A stretch of DNA of 64,000 nt from IMG/VR virus record IMGVR_UViG_3300028025_006304, positions 54,603-118,602 of that record, one strand, 5' to 3'. Shown here in pieces: positions 1 to 9,306 of the stretch. Origin of the DNA: a virus. The position numbers and the translations under genes were made by a program. How positions within the stretch are numbered: the stretch's first letter is position 1; every line of letters starts with the position of its first letter. The notes beneath the pieces were generated by a model. The model did not search any database. It was not told where the DNA came from and saw only the letters and a program-made list of their open reading frames with translations.

Positions 1-356
1 TTCTCTACGGATAGCTGCTTCAAAATCTATTTGGCAGTTAAAACAGCGTTTATACATGCTAAACCACTTTTTATCCAAATGTGGTTTCATTGTTTTCTTA
101 CAGGAAGGACAAAAAATGGGGAAATTAACCGCTTCACGAGCTTTATCAAGTTTTGTAACATTTTGTTTAATGCCATCCTTAATAGTCCACGTCTTATCTT
201 CTTGATCCCATATATCTCCTTCGATATGTGGACCTTCTTGTTCTTTTGTAAAACCGACTGAAGTTGAGGATTTATCTGCATATTTTCCTTTTACTAGGTT
301 TCTTAGACGTTGTACATCTTTTTCCTGGAATTGTTTTTTTAGAACATTTTCTTTAC

Positions 357-2891
357 TCATAAACCTAAGTCTTGTAACTGTTTGATTGTGTTAGCTGCTG
401 AAGTGTGTAATATACCAATTCCACCATTAGCATTCCATGAATCGATAGTATCTTTTCTATCGTCTATTAAAATTTTATTTTGCCCAGCAAAATCGGCTTT
501 CCTTTTAGCGGAACGAAAATATAATTTACGCATGTTAGGTAAACGTTGAACCCACTCGGTTTTACCTTGCATTGATTCGTTATTGTCTAACTTATAGCGT
601 TCCTCAAATGGGATATCGAAATTAACAGAGGGGGCAGTTAAAACGTATGGGTTATATTCTTTGATATAGTCCCAAAGTTGTTTTCCATCGGGCATCCAAT
701 CTAGGTTAGCCCAATATGAACGTTCGGGGATGTCTTTTTCTTTTAGACTGTTTCTAAATAAACTCCAAAATTCGTTTTTACCTTGTGAATCGGCGTGTTG
801 AGTACTTACACCTGTTAGTTCTTTATACCCCTCATCGAAGTCCACTAACACACCATCCATATCACAAAATATCACATATTTCTTCTCTCTCATTTCCCCA
901 TCATTTTCATTAACACCCGTATTATGAAGGTACGAGATCTCTTCTAGGGGGGCAAGTTTAGCTACGAGTGCTGAGCCTTCTTTTTCAAATTTTGCTTTAG
1001 GGTATACTTTTTTGATGAATGCTTGGTAGAGATTATCGCGTTGGTTTCCCAAAACATCTTCACCTTTTTTAGGTGCTGGGTTATAAATTAACGCGTTAGT
1101 GTTTTTAAAGTCGGGGATGAGTTTGATTCCGGTTTGGATTATGTCTACTATTGTAGCCATCACTCGGAATACCTCTCCTCTGTTTATTACAGCACTATCT
1201 GATTTACTTACACCCTTCTCTCCAGCTCCAAATCCGACCTCCATTCCATTTATATCCTCTCCTGTCTCATCATCCTCGTAATTGAGGGTTGTCAATTCAA
1301 CCTCATATTCGATTCCACTGTCTGTAGTAAAACCAAACTCATAATCGCCTGGGTTAGTATTGGTAATTTCCCATTCATAGGGTTTTGAGGTGGCTTCTCC
1401 AACCTCTTGTAAACCCATAGCCAATTCACGAGCGTATTGGTTTAAACCGAATGGGTCTTTTACAGTTTTAAGTTTAATATCTGAGTTTTGAAGAAATTGT
1501 CCTTTAGGTGCTTTTTTAGGTTCAGAAGAAACCAACGAACCCTCATTTTGTAAACTATCAGTCCAGTTACGGAATGTCATAGTACCCTTTAGGTTAGCTT
1601 CAGCTTCAATATCGTTTAGATGATCGTCCTCTTGAGTATTTGTAGTTGTAATATCTCCCAATCTACCCTCCAGATTTTGGATATGGTGAATCATCTCATG
1701 CGCGTAAGAACGCACAATATCTTTGGGATGACGCCCGTAAGTGTATAGGGTGATAGACTTATTGATCGGATCATAGTACGCGGTTTTACCCAAGAATTCT
1801 TCGGCATTAACCATATCATCACCTACTAGCTCAATGCTGGGAACAGGATCAATATTATATCCTTTCCCACGCATGTAATTAGTTAACTCGGCTATTTTTT
1901 CGAGTATGTCAATAGATGGGATAGTGTTTTCTTTTAACGGTTTATACCCTGAACCAAATGGAGCTGATTTACCATCATGGTTAGGTGCTACGTTTTCTTT
2001 TTTTAGACGTTGGGTTTTTTCTTTAGATGCTTCTTTTCTTTGTTCAGCATAATCTAAAGCTGTTTTTAAACGTCTTTTAACCTCAGGATCTTTTGCTCTT
2101 TCGTAAGCTGCTCTAACACGCTGGTGAATTAAATTAATAATTTGAGATTGGCGAGCGTGTGATTTTGATTTAAAAGATTCTTTAGATAGTGTGTCTATAA
2201 TATCTTGTTTAGTAGAGAATTTAACACCTACAGTATCGCTTGGATCTTCGTCTGTGTATAATCTACGAGATGATCCTTTTGGTTTTTTACCTGTACCTGT
2301 TTTAGGATCTCCTTCTTTTAAAACGTTTGGTTCTAAAATATTGTAAATATCTTCCTTTTCGTTAGCTGGAATCTCAGTAGGGAGATAAGTAAAGAATTTT
2401 TCTTTATCCCCTTTTTGAAGTGCTTTACGAGCGTTTGTTCCACTCATATCACCAGCTGGGGTTTTAATTACTCGAACCTCTATGTTAGGGTATTTTTCTT
2501 CTACCCCCTTGGTGCGAGAGATAATATCTTGTAAATCATCTTCTCTACCTTCACGGTAACCCAAAACAAAATATACTTTCTCGTCTGGGTGGTTTTTAGC
2601 ATAACGTAAGATATCTCCGATTGGGGAAGCTGATGGTTCTATTTGAACTTTAGATGGGAGCAATTCCTTGTAAATATCCCATATTTGCATAGATTGTTCT
2701 TGTTCGATTCCATCTCTAACACCCCCACCAACATAGATTAAAAATTTGTCTATGTCTTTAAAATCTTTTAAAGCTGTTTTAACTAAGTCAAAGTGACCTT
2801 TGGTGGGTGGTTTAAAACCACCCCCATAGATTGCTGTAACGGATTTTCCGTCTATTAGCTCGTTAACTAAAAACTTAGTTAATTCGTCCAT
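357..2891 (-). CDS. Multi-module fusion: HxGH-type nucleotidyltransferase, conserved phage domain (GTGKKPKGSSRRLYTDE), HExxH metallopeptidase, unknown domain, HAD 5'-nucleotidase
   Basis: GGGFKPPTKGHF at the N-terminus; HEMIH at aa 398-402; C-terminal FCDMDGVLVDF and LIDDR HAD motifs. Confidence 0.8.
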   Translation of the reverse strand: MDELTKFLVNELIDGKSVTAIYGGGFKPPTKGHFDLVKTALKDFKDIDKFLIYVGGGVRDGIEQEQSMQIWDIYKELLPSKVQIEPSASPIGDILRYAKNHPDEKVYFVLGYREGREDDLQDIISRTKGVEEKYPNIEVRVIKTPAGDMSGTNARKALQKGDKEKFFTYLPTEIPANEKEDIYNILEPNVLKEGDPKTGTGKKPKGSSRRLYTDEDPSDTVGVKFSTKQDIIDTLSKESFKSKSHARQSQIINLIHQRVRAAYERAKDPEVKRRLKTALDYAEQRKEASKEKTQRLKKENVAPNHDGKSAPFGSGYKPLKENTIPSIDILEKIAELTNYMRGKGYNIDPVPSIELVGDDMVNAEEFLGKTAYYDPINKSITLYTYGRHPKDIVRSYAHEMIHHIQNLEGRLGDITTTNTQEDDHLNDIEAEANLKGTMTFRNWTDSLQNEGSLVSSEPKKAPKGQFLQNSDIKLKTVKDPFGLNQYARELAMGLQEVGEATSKPYEWEITNTNPGDYEFGFTTDSGIEYEVELTTLNYEDDETGEDINGMEVGFGAGEKGVSKSDSAVINRGEVFRVMATIVDIIQTGIKLIPDFKNTNALIYNPAPKKGEDVLGNQRDNLYQAFIKKVYPKAKFEKEGSALVAKLAPLEEISYLHNTGVNENDGEMREKKYVIFCDMDGVLVDFDEGYKELTGVSTQHADSQGKNEFWSLFRNSLKEKDIPERSYWANLDWMPDGKQLWDYIKEYNPYVLTAPSVNFDIPFEERYKLDNNESMQGKTEWVQRLPNMRKLYFRSAKRKADFAGQNKILIDDRKDTIDSWNANGGIGILHTSAANTIKQLQDLGL

Positions 2892-3254
2892 TTACTGAAG
2901 CTTCATGATAAGCTCTTTTGCCTTAGCTTTCTTATCAGCGATTGCTGTTTTAGCTGCTCTATACTCTTCCATTTCGCGCTTAAGAGCTTCTTTCTGCATT
3001 TCGTACTCTTTCATAGCTGTTTTAGCATGTTTGCGAGCCGCTGATTTATTAGTACCTGCATAAGCAGCTGCAATCTCGTTCATGTCAATAGTATCGTAGA
3101 TTGAAGCAGGACGGATCATATCATCCATAGACATACCTCTCATTGGTTTCATTACAAGAATGATTTCGCCAATCTCGTTATATGGCTCTTTCATTTCCAT
3201 TGTTTCTGCTTCAAGGGCTTCCTTAATAAGGGATTTTAATACTGATTTTTTCAT
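2892..3254 (-). CDS. Hypothetical protein, candidate head-internal protein
   Basis: 120-aa ORF abutting both neighbours; N-terminus MKKSVLKSLIKE; C-terminal coiled coil. Confidence 0.7.
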   Translation of the reverse strand: MKKSVLKSLIKEALEAETMEMKEPYNEIGEIILVMKPMRGMSMDDMIRPASIYDTIDMNEIAAAYAGTNKSAARKHAKTAMKEYEMQKEALKREMEEYRAAKTAIADKKAKAKELIMKLQ

Positions 3255-4054
3255 GAGTTAAGGAATTGTTTTATTTTAGACTGAGCCTCTGGGATAGAGA
3301 CTGTTTGTTGAATAATATTTTGTACGTTTTCTTTGTTGCGTAATGATAGAATTTCCTGTTCTAGTTTTTCTTTATCAGCTCTGGATTTAGCTGCTTCTTT
3401 TTCTGTTTTTGGTTTGGTATCTTGTGGTTTGAAAGGATCAATATAACGTTTAATTATATCTTCTAAACTTCTTTTACCAAACGGATCCTTGTCTTTTGTA
3501 GTAGCTACAAAGTTTTGACCAAATAAGTTAAGGTACGGGATAAAGTTTTTTGTTACGTTTGCCCATGTTTGCATTACAATACCTGGCATCAAACTTCTAT
3601 CCTCACCAGCTGAACGCTCGAATCTATCTTCGTTTTTCTTAAGTGATTTTTCAAGTGAAGAGTATACAAATACCATCATTACATCATATCCAGCTTCCTC
3701 TAATGTTTCCTTTAATTTAACGGTTTCATTATATGATGCTGCTGTACCGTCAATGACAATATTCCCACGCTTTTCAATTTCTTGTTTTAACTCAGCCTTA
3801 TAAGGTTCTTTAGCTGATGCCATTGCTATAGCTGCTCCACTTCTACCAGCAGCATCTGCTCTTTTTAGATCAAGTGAGATGCCAGCGTTGCGGAGATTTT
3901 TAATAAAATAATCATCAATATTTAGTACCGTTAAACCAAGATCACGGATTATCTCATCTGTAACAGATGATTTTCCAGCACCGGGAGCCCCAGCAAGTAT
4001 AATAGCTTTAGGAGAACCTTGTACCTCCTTTAGTAATCTTATCAGTGAAATCAT
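3251..4054 (-). CDS. P-loop kinase, zeta-toxin/AAA_33-like
   Basis: Walker A GAPGAGKS; IVIDGT; VMMVFVYSSLEKSL typical of zeta/PNK-like kinases. Confidence 0.8.
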   Translation of the reverse strand: MISLIRLLKEVQGSPKAIILAGAPGAGKSSVTDEIIRDLGLTVLNIDDYFIKNLRNAGISLDLKRADAAGRSGAAIAMASAKEPYKAELKQEIEKRGNIVIDGTAASYNETVKLKETLEEAGYDVMMVFVYSSLEKSLKKNEDRFERSAGEDRSLMPGIVMQTWANVTKNFIPYLNLFGQNFVATTKDKDPFGKRSLEDIIKRYIDPFKPQDTKPKTEKEAAKSRADKEKLEQEILSLRNKENVQNIIQQTVSIPEAQSKIKQFLNS

Positions 4055-4069
4055 ATACGCGCGTTTACG

Positions 4070-4077
4070 TATAAATA
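4070..4077 (-). promoter_or_regulatory. Candidate late promoter TATTTATA
   Basis: Motif 16 nt upstream of the 4054 start; the same octamer recurs before several late or structural genes. Confidence 0.55.
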
Positions 4078-4851
4078 TCAGAGTTCTCTCTTAACTACAG
4101 TCTTGAACTCAGTAAAGATAGGTGAGTGATTTGGATTTTCTAGATCAAACAATTTCTTAACTGTTTTGAATATATCCATGTTTTCCTCTGTAGTGCGTTT
4201 AGATTCATATATTTCCCATCCCTTACCTTGCATAAATCCAGTTTTTGACCCACGCTTAGATGATTTGAGCCACAAAATAGCTGTGCGGTTAACTTGCTTA
4301 CCGTAGCATTCCTCGTAACACGTAGCGTAGGCGGCTGTTTGTAGATCGTATGTAGTTTGTAGATGGTTGGATGTTTTGAAGTCTATAATCCATAACTCGT
4401 CCTCGATTTCGCAAACCAAGTCACAGGTGCCCGCAATCTCATATACATCGGAGAACAAATGAACTTCGGTCTCAATCAATTTAGGTTTGTATGTCTCCCA
4501 AAAATCTACAAAACGAAGAAACATCTGCCACACATCTGGATTGTGTTGTGGGTTGCCCCCCTCGTTTAGAAAATGGAGCTCTTTACCGTTTAGATATTCC
4601 TCGATTAGCTCGTGAGTGGCTGTACCTTCTTCACCTGCTTTTTTAACAATATATTCTGATGAATAGCCTACTTTTTTTAACCAATCCTCGAAGAATTTTC
4701 CTTTTGGATAAGCTGACAACACGTAAGTGATTGATGGGTAATATTTTCCGTTACGTCTATAGTAACGAGAGTCTGGCATAGTAATCTGTTTAGCATCTTC
4801 TGAAACCTCTAAAATGCGATTGTAAGATTGCTTGATGTTTCTTTTACTCAT
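4078..4851 (-). CDS. PD-(D/E)XK exonuclease (Cas4-like phage exonuclease)
   Basis: YPSITYVLS, GTATHELIE, AGTCDLV, IIDFKTS, LQTAAY motifs. Confidence 0.85.
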   Translation of the reverse strand: MSKRNIKQSYNRILEVSEDAKQITMPDSRYYRRNGKYYPSITYVLSAYPKGKFFEDWLKKVGYSSEYIVKKAGEEGTATHELIEEYLNGKELHFLNEGGNPQHNPDVWQMFLRFVDFWETYKPKLIETEVHLFSDVYEIAGTCDLVCEIEDELWIIDFKTSNHLQTTYDLQTAAYATCYEECYGKQVNRTAILWLKSSKRGSKTGFMQGKGWEIYESKRTTEENMDIFKTVKKLFDLENPNHSPIFTEFKTVVKREL

Positions 4852-5780
4852 ATTAATTCGAGTTTTTTAGCCATTAAATCGTATTGAGTTAACGGGTAAG
4901 TATTTTGAATGAGGGATGTGAACTTTTCAAATCCCATTTCACCTGGATCCTTATCCTCCAGGTTTACTAAATAAACTTCCTTTCCTTCCCCTAGTAACAT
5001 CTCGGCGTGTTTTAAAGCATCTTTCATCGCATCCTTATCCAGGGCAATATAGATTTGCTTTACAGTTGATGTTACGATCTGCTTCATTAAGTTATCTTGA
5101 ATGTGTTTTCCCAAAAGTGGGATAGCGTTGCGTTTGATAGCCAAAGCATCAAATGGCCCCTCACACAATACGAGTGGAGAGGACCAGTTTACGAATAGCT
5201 CAAACGGTACTATATTTTTACTGAGTGGTGGGTTCTTGTATTTGACTGGAGAGTTCGAGTCAAAGTTGCGAGCTACAAAGTAGTTTAGTTTACCCTCGGT
5301 AGAATACGATGGTATAATGATCATCTTGTTATAGACACCACCCTCGCAATATCCTATATTGTATTTGAGTATATCGTGTTTTGAAATGCCTCGTTTTTTA
5401 AGGTAGATTAAAGCATGTCTCCCTACAATATCGTTTTCTGTTATCTCGGATAGTGGTTTAAACTCATCTGGGAGTTTGATATCGAAATGGGCTTGGTTAG
5501 TGGTAATGTGGTGTCCCGATCCTACAAGTGAGCGGAGCTCTGTTATCTTATCTTGTGGGGCATCTATAGCTTTGAATAGGCTAAGTAGTTTGGATCCTTT
5601 TTTACCACACACCCAACAATGCCATTTTTGATAAAAAGTAGCATTCTCATCGTAATTGATCTCGAGTTTGGGTTTGTGGTGATTGCAGAACGGGCACGTG
5701 TGGGCTTGATTGCCGCGTGCTGTTTGTTTGCCGGCTCCTATAACAGAGTTAACTAAGTTGACTACTAGTTGATTTACCAT
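4848..5780 (-). CDS. DNA primase (Zn finger plus TOPRIM)
   Basis: CPFCNHH...CWVC zinc site; LCEGPFDA and IALDKDA TOPRIM motifs. Confidence 0.9.
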   Translation of the reverse strand: MVNQLVVNLVNSVIGAGKQTARGNQAHTCPFCNHHKPKLEINYDENATFYQKWHCWVCGKKGSKLLSLFKAIDAPQDKITELRSLVGSGHHITTNQAHFDIKLPDEFKPLSEITENDIVGRHALIYLKKRGISKHDILKYNIGYCEGGVYNKMIIIPSYSTEGKLNYFVARNFDSNSPVKYKNPPLSKNIVPFELFVNWSSPLVLCEGPFDALAIKRNAIPLLGKHIQDNLMKQIVTSTVKQIYIALDKDAMKDALKHAEMLLGEGKEVYLVNLEDKDPGEMGFEKFTSLIQNTYPLTQYDLMAKKLELI

Positions 5781-5817
5781 GTAGACAAGATAATAAAGAA
5801 AGCTTGGATAACCAAGC

Positions 5818-6261
5818 TTACTCTATAAAGTCTTTTCTGAAGAATTTCCCGAGCACATTATCGTTGTACCATTTTTCCGGTTCCTCCAATACCCCCATTG
5901 TAAATAAATATTTGCACTCGTAATAGGTAAGTAGCTTTTTACTGGGAACCAACTTTAAGATGACTCTCTCGAACTCGTCTTGTCTACCTTGCTTGAGTAA
6001 CTCTAAGATTGGTTTAGCTGAACCATAGTATGTTTTCCAATCGCTTTCCTTTTGGATTACCTCGGTGGTTGATTTTCTACCCCTACCAGATTGCTCAGCG
6101 AGTTGTTTTTTGGTGAGTTTTTTCTTCACGTTGTGGTATAGTACTTTCTTACCAATGTAAGAAAATCCACTTGGAACGTGAGTAACCTGATAAATAAAAC
6201 CATAGGTATCTGCTGGGAAATCTTCTAAGCTAGATACCTCTTTATTATTATATAACCACAT
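5818..6261 (-). CDS. GIY-YIG-like nuclease
   Basis: YGFIYQVT...YIGKK and WKTYYGS. Confidence 0.7.
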   Translation of the reverse strand: MWLYNNKEVSSLEDFPADTYGFIYQVTHVPSGFSYIGKKVLYHNVKKKLTKKQLAEQSGRGRKSTTEVIQKESDWKTYYGSAKPILELLKQGRQDEFERVILKLVPSKKLLTYYECKYLFTMGVLEEPEKWYNDNVLGKFFRKDFIE

Positions 6262-6271
6262 AAATTATTAT

Positions 6272-7282
6272 TTATAATGCATACCAAGATGATCCATCCC
6301 ACATATATGGTCTAGGAGGGGTACTTGCGGATACAGCAAATGACCCAGTAGCTACACCTGAAGGTAGTGGGTGGATTGGTTGCAATGTTAGAACTTGTGA
6401 GGCAGAAACTATTAAGTCCCCATTTATAGTTAAATCTCTAGTTGAAAAATCACCTAAGATAAGAGGACTAGTAGTATTAGATACTGAGCTATGTATTTTA
6501 AGTTTATTAGACTCCCCGGCTACTCCTAAAACTTCATTACCTATGTAAACATTATAATTACCTGTATTATTATTATATCCACTATTTGTGCCTACTGCAG
6601 TATTACCTGCACCTGTAGTTATATTATATAATGAATAAAATCCTAAAGCAGTATTATTATCAGCTGATGTTGCTTGTAACAAAGCTGAATCTCCAACTAT
6701 AGTATTAACTCCTCCACCTTGAAGATTAAATCCAGCTTGGTACCCTACAGCAGTATTACCATCACCTGAGGTTAAAGATAATAAAGCAGCGCTACCTACT
6801 TGAGTGCTTGAGACATTTTTAAGTCCTACATTTACTCCATTTATCCGAGATGATCCATAAGTTTCAAATGAACCTGATATTATAGCTGATCCGGTGTAAG
6901 GGAATACTCTAACAAAAGAAGCAGTTGTAGCGAAAGATGAACTAGTACTAAAAGAAGCAGTTGTAGCAAATGATGAACTAGCAATACTACTAATGTAGGA
7001 AGCTGTTAAGGCAAATGAAGCACTTGTAGCATTAGCTGCTGTTGAAGCAAATGAAGCTGATGTGGCTAATAAAGCAGTACCATTCAAATTACCCCCAAAT
7101 GAACCAGTAAATGAACCTGACATTCCTTGAGTAGAAACTACAGAGCCTGTAATCCTAAGACTACCACTTATAGAAATATTATAAGCTGCGGTCCCTGTTA
7201 AAGCATCTACAGATTGAGTAACATGCCATGCTTCAACAGTGTTTGAAGTTGTTATCCCGGTTTTTGATAGTACTAGAGCCAT
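6272..7282 (-). CDS. Tail fibre/spike-like protein
   Basis: Tandem SASFA/ASSSFATT repeats; 14-residue NTAVG-type beta-roll repeats. Confidence 0.65.
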   Translation of the reverse strand: MALVLSKTGITTSNTVEAWHVTQSVDALTGTAAYNISISGSLRITGSVVSTQGMSGSFTGSFGGNLNGTALLATSASFASTAANATSASFALTASYISSIASSSFATTASFSTSSSFATTASFVRVFPYTGSAIISGSFETYGSSRINGVNVGLKNVSSTQVGSAALLSLTSGDGNTAVGYQAGFNLQGGGVNTIVGDSALLQATSADNNTALGFYSLYNITTGAGNTAVGTNSGYNNNTGNYNVYIGNEVLGVAGESNKLKIHSSVSNTTSPLILGDFSTRDLTINGDLIVSASQVLTLQPIHPLPSGVATGSFAVSASTPPRPYMWDGSSWYAL

Positions 7283-7283
7283 T

Positions 7284-8279
7284 TTATTTATCTATATTTA
7301 CTAAAATTGTTAAATCAGTGGTGTTAGATGTAGGTAAAGGTTGAGCTAATTTCCCCACGGCTAATAAGTTTTGTGCATTATCATATAACCCTACTGTTGT
7401 AACATATGGTGAGAAAAATGAACCAGTAACATTACTACTTAAATTCCCATCACTATCTCTAGCTGATGTATTTAAAGTAAAATTAAATTCATTTTCTCTA
7501 ATAGTACATTTGTACTGTGTTTCATAAATAATAATTGAGCTGGAGAAAGAACATGTCACATTAGTGGATGTCATAAAACTATTAATAGAAGGAACAGCAT
7601 CTCCAGCCCCATAAACACCTACACCATAATCATCATATCCATATCCTTCAAAAGTAGCACCACCACCCCCTCCATCTGAGTATGATGATGAGTTTGTTAA
7701 TATAATTAGACCTTGGGTGTATATAATATTTCCAAAATTAGCACCATTTGATTCAACTATAATATTACCCTCACCATCATCTACTAATGATACACTAGCT
7801 GAGGTAAATCTAAAAGAATTAGGTACTATATAATCACCATAAATTTTAGATGGGATAGAGATAACTCCTATAGTATTTCCTGATCCTGTAGGAATAAATC
7901 TAGTAGGAACTAGTGTACTCTGTAAAAAATTATCATATAATGGACTTTGAATAGCCCCTATTAAAACATCTCCACTCGTATTAGAACCAGGGAATAGTAC
8001 AGGCTGAGATACATTATCTCCAGCACTAGAAGATAAATAATTGCTGTAATAAAGTTGTTTAATTGATTGGTAAATTAAAGCTTGGTATTGGGTAGACAAT
8101 GTACCTGTAGTTGATTGATCATCAAACCAATCAACATTTGTACCTAAAAACCTATCAATACCAACTAATTGACCGTCAGATCCAGTTGCCCATTGTGAAT
8201 AAGGAAAATCAAAATTTTTGTTAACCGTAAACGGTGTAACAATTATATCAGAGGCTAAAAATTGTTTCCAAGCACTCAT
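7284..8279 (-). CDS. Virion structural protein (tail/baseplate associated)
   Basis: C-terminal YVTTVGLYDNAQNLLAVGKLAQPL, paralogous to the next ORF; S/T/G-rich. Confidence 0.6.
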   Translation of the reverse strand: MSAWKQFLASDIIVTPFTVNKNFDFPYSQWATGSDGQLVGIDRFLGTNVDWFDDQSTTGTLSTQYQALIYQSIKQLYYSNYLSSSAGDNVSQPVLFPGSNTSGDVLIGAIQSPLYDNFLQSTLVPTRFIPTGSGNTIGVISIPSKIYGDYIVPNSFRFTSASVSLVDDGEGNIIVESNGANFGNIIYTQGLIILTNSSSYSDGGGGGATFEGYGYDDYGVGVYGAGDAVPSINSFMTSTNVTCSFSSSIIIYETQYKCTIRENEFNFTLNTSARDSDGNLSSNVTGSFFSPYVTTVGLYDNAQNLLAVGKLAQPLPTSNTTDLTILVNIDK

Positions 8280-8283
8280 TCAT

Positions 8284-9297
8284 TTAAAAATCTAACTTTA
8301 TTCTAATAAGGGCTTCCTTAGTGAAATCCTTAACCAATGGTCTAGACAATTTAGCTACGGCTAATAACTCATTAGCATCGTTGTATAAACCAACTGTTGT
8401 AATATATGTTTGTGGGTTATTAATAAAGCTTGAATAAAGTACCTCACCAGTTGAACCTGAGATAAATGATGGGTTAGTTGTATAGTTAAACTCAGCGTTC
8501 TGTGGTCTTACATAAACATAATCTGAGGTAATATTTTCTTGAGAGTTTAGAGTAAATGAAGCACCAGTTTTAATAGCATCAAATAAAGCTGTATAGTTGA
8601 CTGTATTGCTTGTGTTAGTAGAGGTAATTGTTAAACCTATACCACCCCCAGCTCCTCCGGCTACAGCTAAAGCTGCAGAGTTCAATAAAATAGTTCCCAT
8701 ATCCGGAATAAACCAACCATATGAACCTGAGTTGGTAGAATATCCTGTTCCTGAATAAGCTGATCCATTAGATCCAGATACAATTTGGTATACTCTAGTT
8801 CCATTAATATAAGGTACTACAGAAATATCATTACTGTTATCTGTTAATTTAAGAGTAGCTCCACTCTTAGTTAATGTAAGATTTAAAGAACCTGGGAAAA
8901 GAGATTGTTTATAATTTGATCTCTCAACTGAGATAATATGGAATTGAGATTGAGTTACATTACCAAATATAAAAGCTGAGTTCTCATCCTCTAGGATAAG
9001 ATTTCTATACTGACCATATAAGGTTTTGGATGGAGAATATCCTACGACATTTGTGTCATATGGTACTGAACCTGAACCTACAGCATTAGCATACCCAACA
9101 TAGAATTGGATAGCGGCTGTATCTAAAGTAGAGGCAGTTTGGTAAGTAGCTAATACATATGAACCTTGTGAGCTATTTACTTGGGTTGAGGAAGTAAAAA
9201 ATGTAGTTAAGTTATATACATTATTAGTCCAACAAGGTGCTGTAACCGAATCAGCTGAGACTAAGAAATCGGATGGGGTTAATCTTTTAAATGACAT
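8284..9297 (-). CDS. Virion structural protein (tail/baseplate associated)
   Basis: C-terminal YITTVGLYNDANELLAVAKLSRPL; structural-gene context. Confidence 0.6.
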   Translation of the reverse strand: MSFKRLTPSDFLVSADSVTAPCWTNNVYNLTTFFTSSTQVNSSQGSYVLATYQTASTLDTAAIQFYVGYANAVGSGSVPYDTNVVGYSPSKTLYGQYRNLILEDENSAFIFGNVTQSQFHIISVERSNYKQSLFPGSLNLTLTKSGATLKLTDNSNDISVVPYINGTRVYQIVSGSNGSAYSGTGYSTNSGSYGWFIPDMGTILLNSAALAVAGGAGGGIGLTITSTNTSNTVNYTALFDAIKTGASFTLNSQENITSDYVYVRPQNAEFNYTTNPSFISGSTGEVLYSSFINNPQTYITTVGLYNDANELLAVAKLSRPLVKDFTKEALIRIKLDF

Positions 9298-9306
9298 ATC
9301 TTAATC

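Noticed and set aside
31-281. Short ORFs at the left edge
   Set aside because: No recognisable motif; overlapping frames, so the real gene cannot be determined
4078-4851. Cas4 or CRISPR-Cas system
   Set aside because: Solo PD-(D/E)XK nuclease coupled to primase; no other cas genes or array in the window
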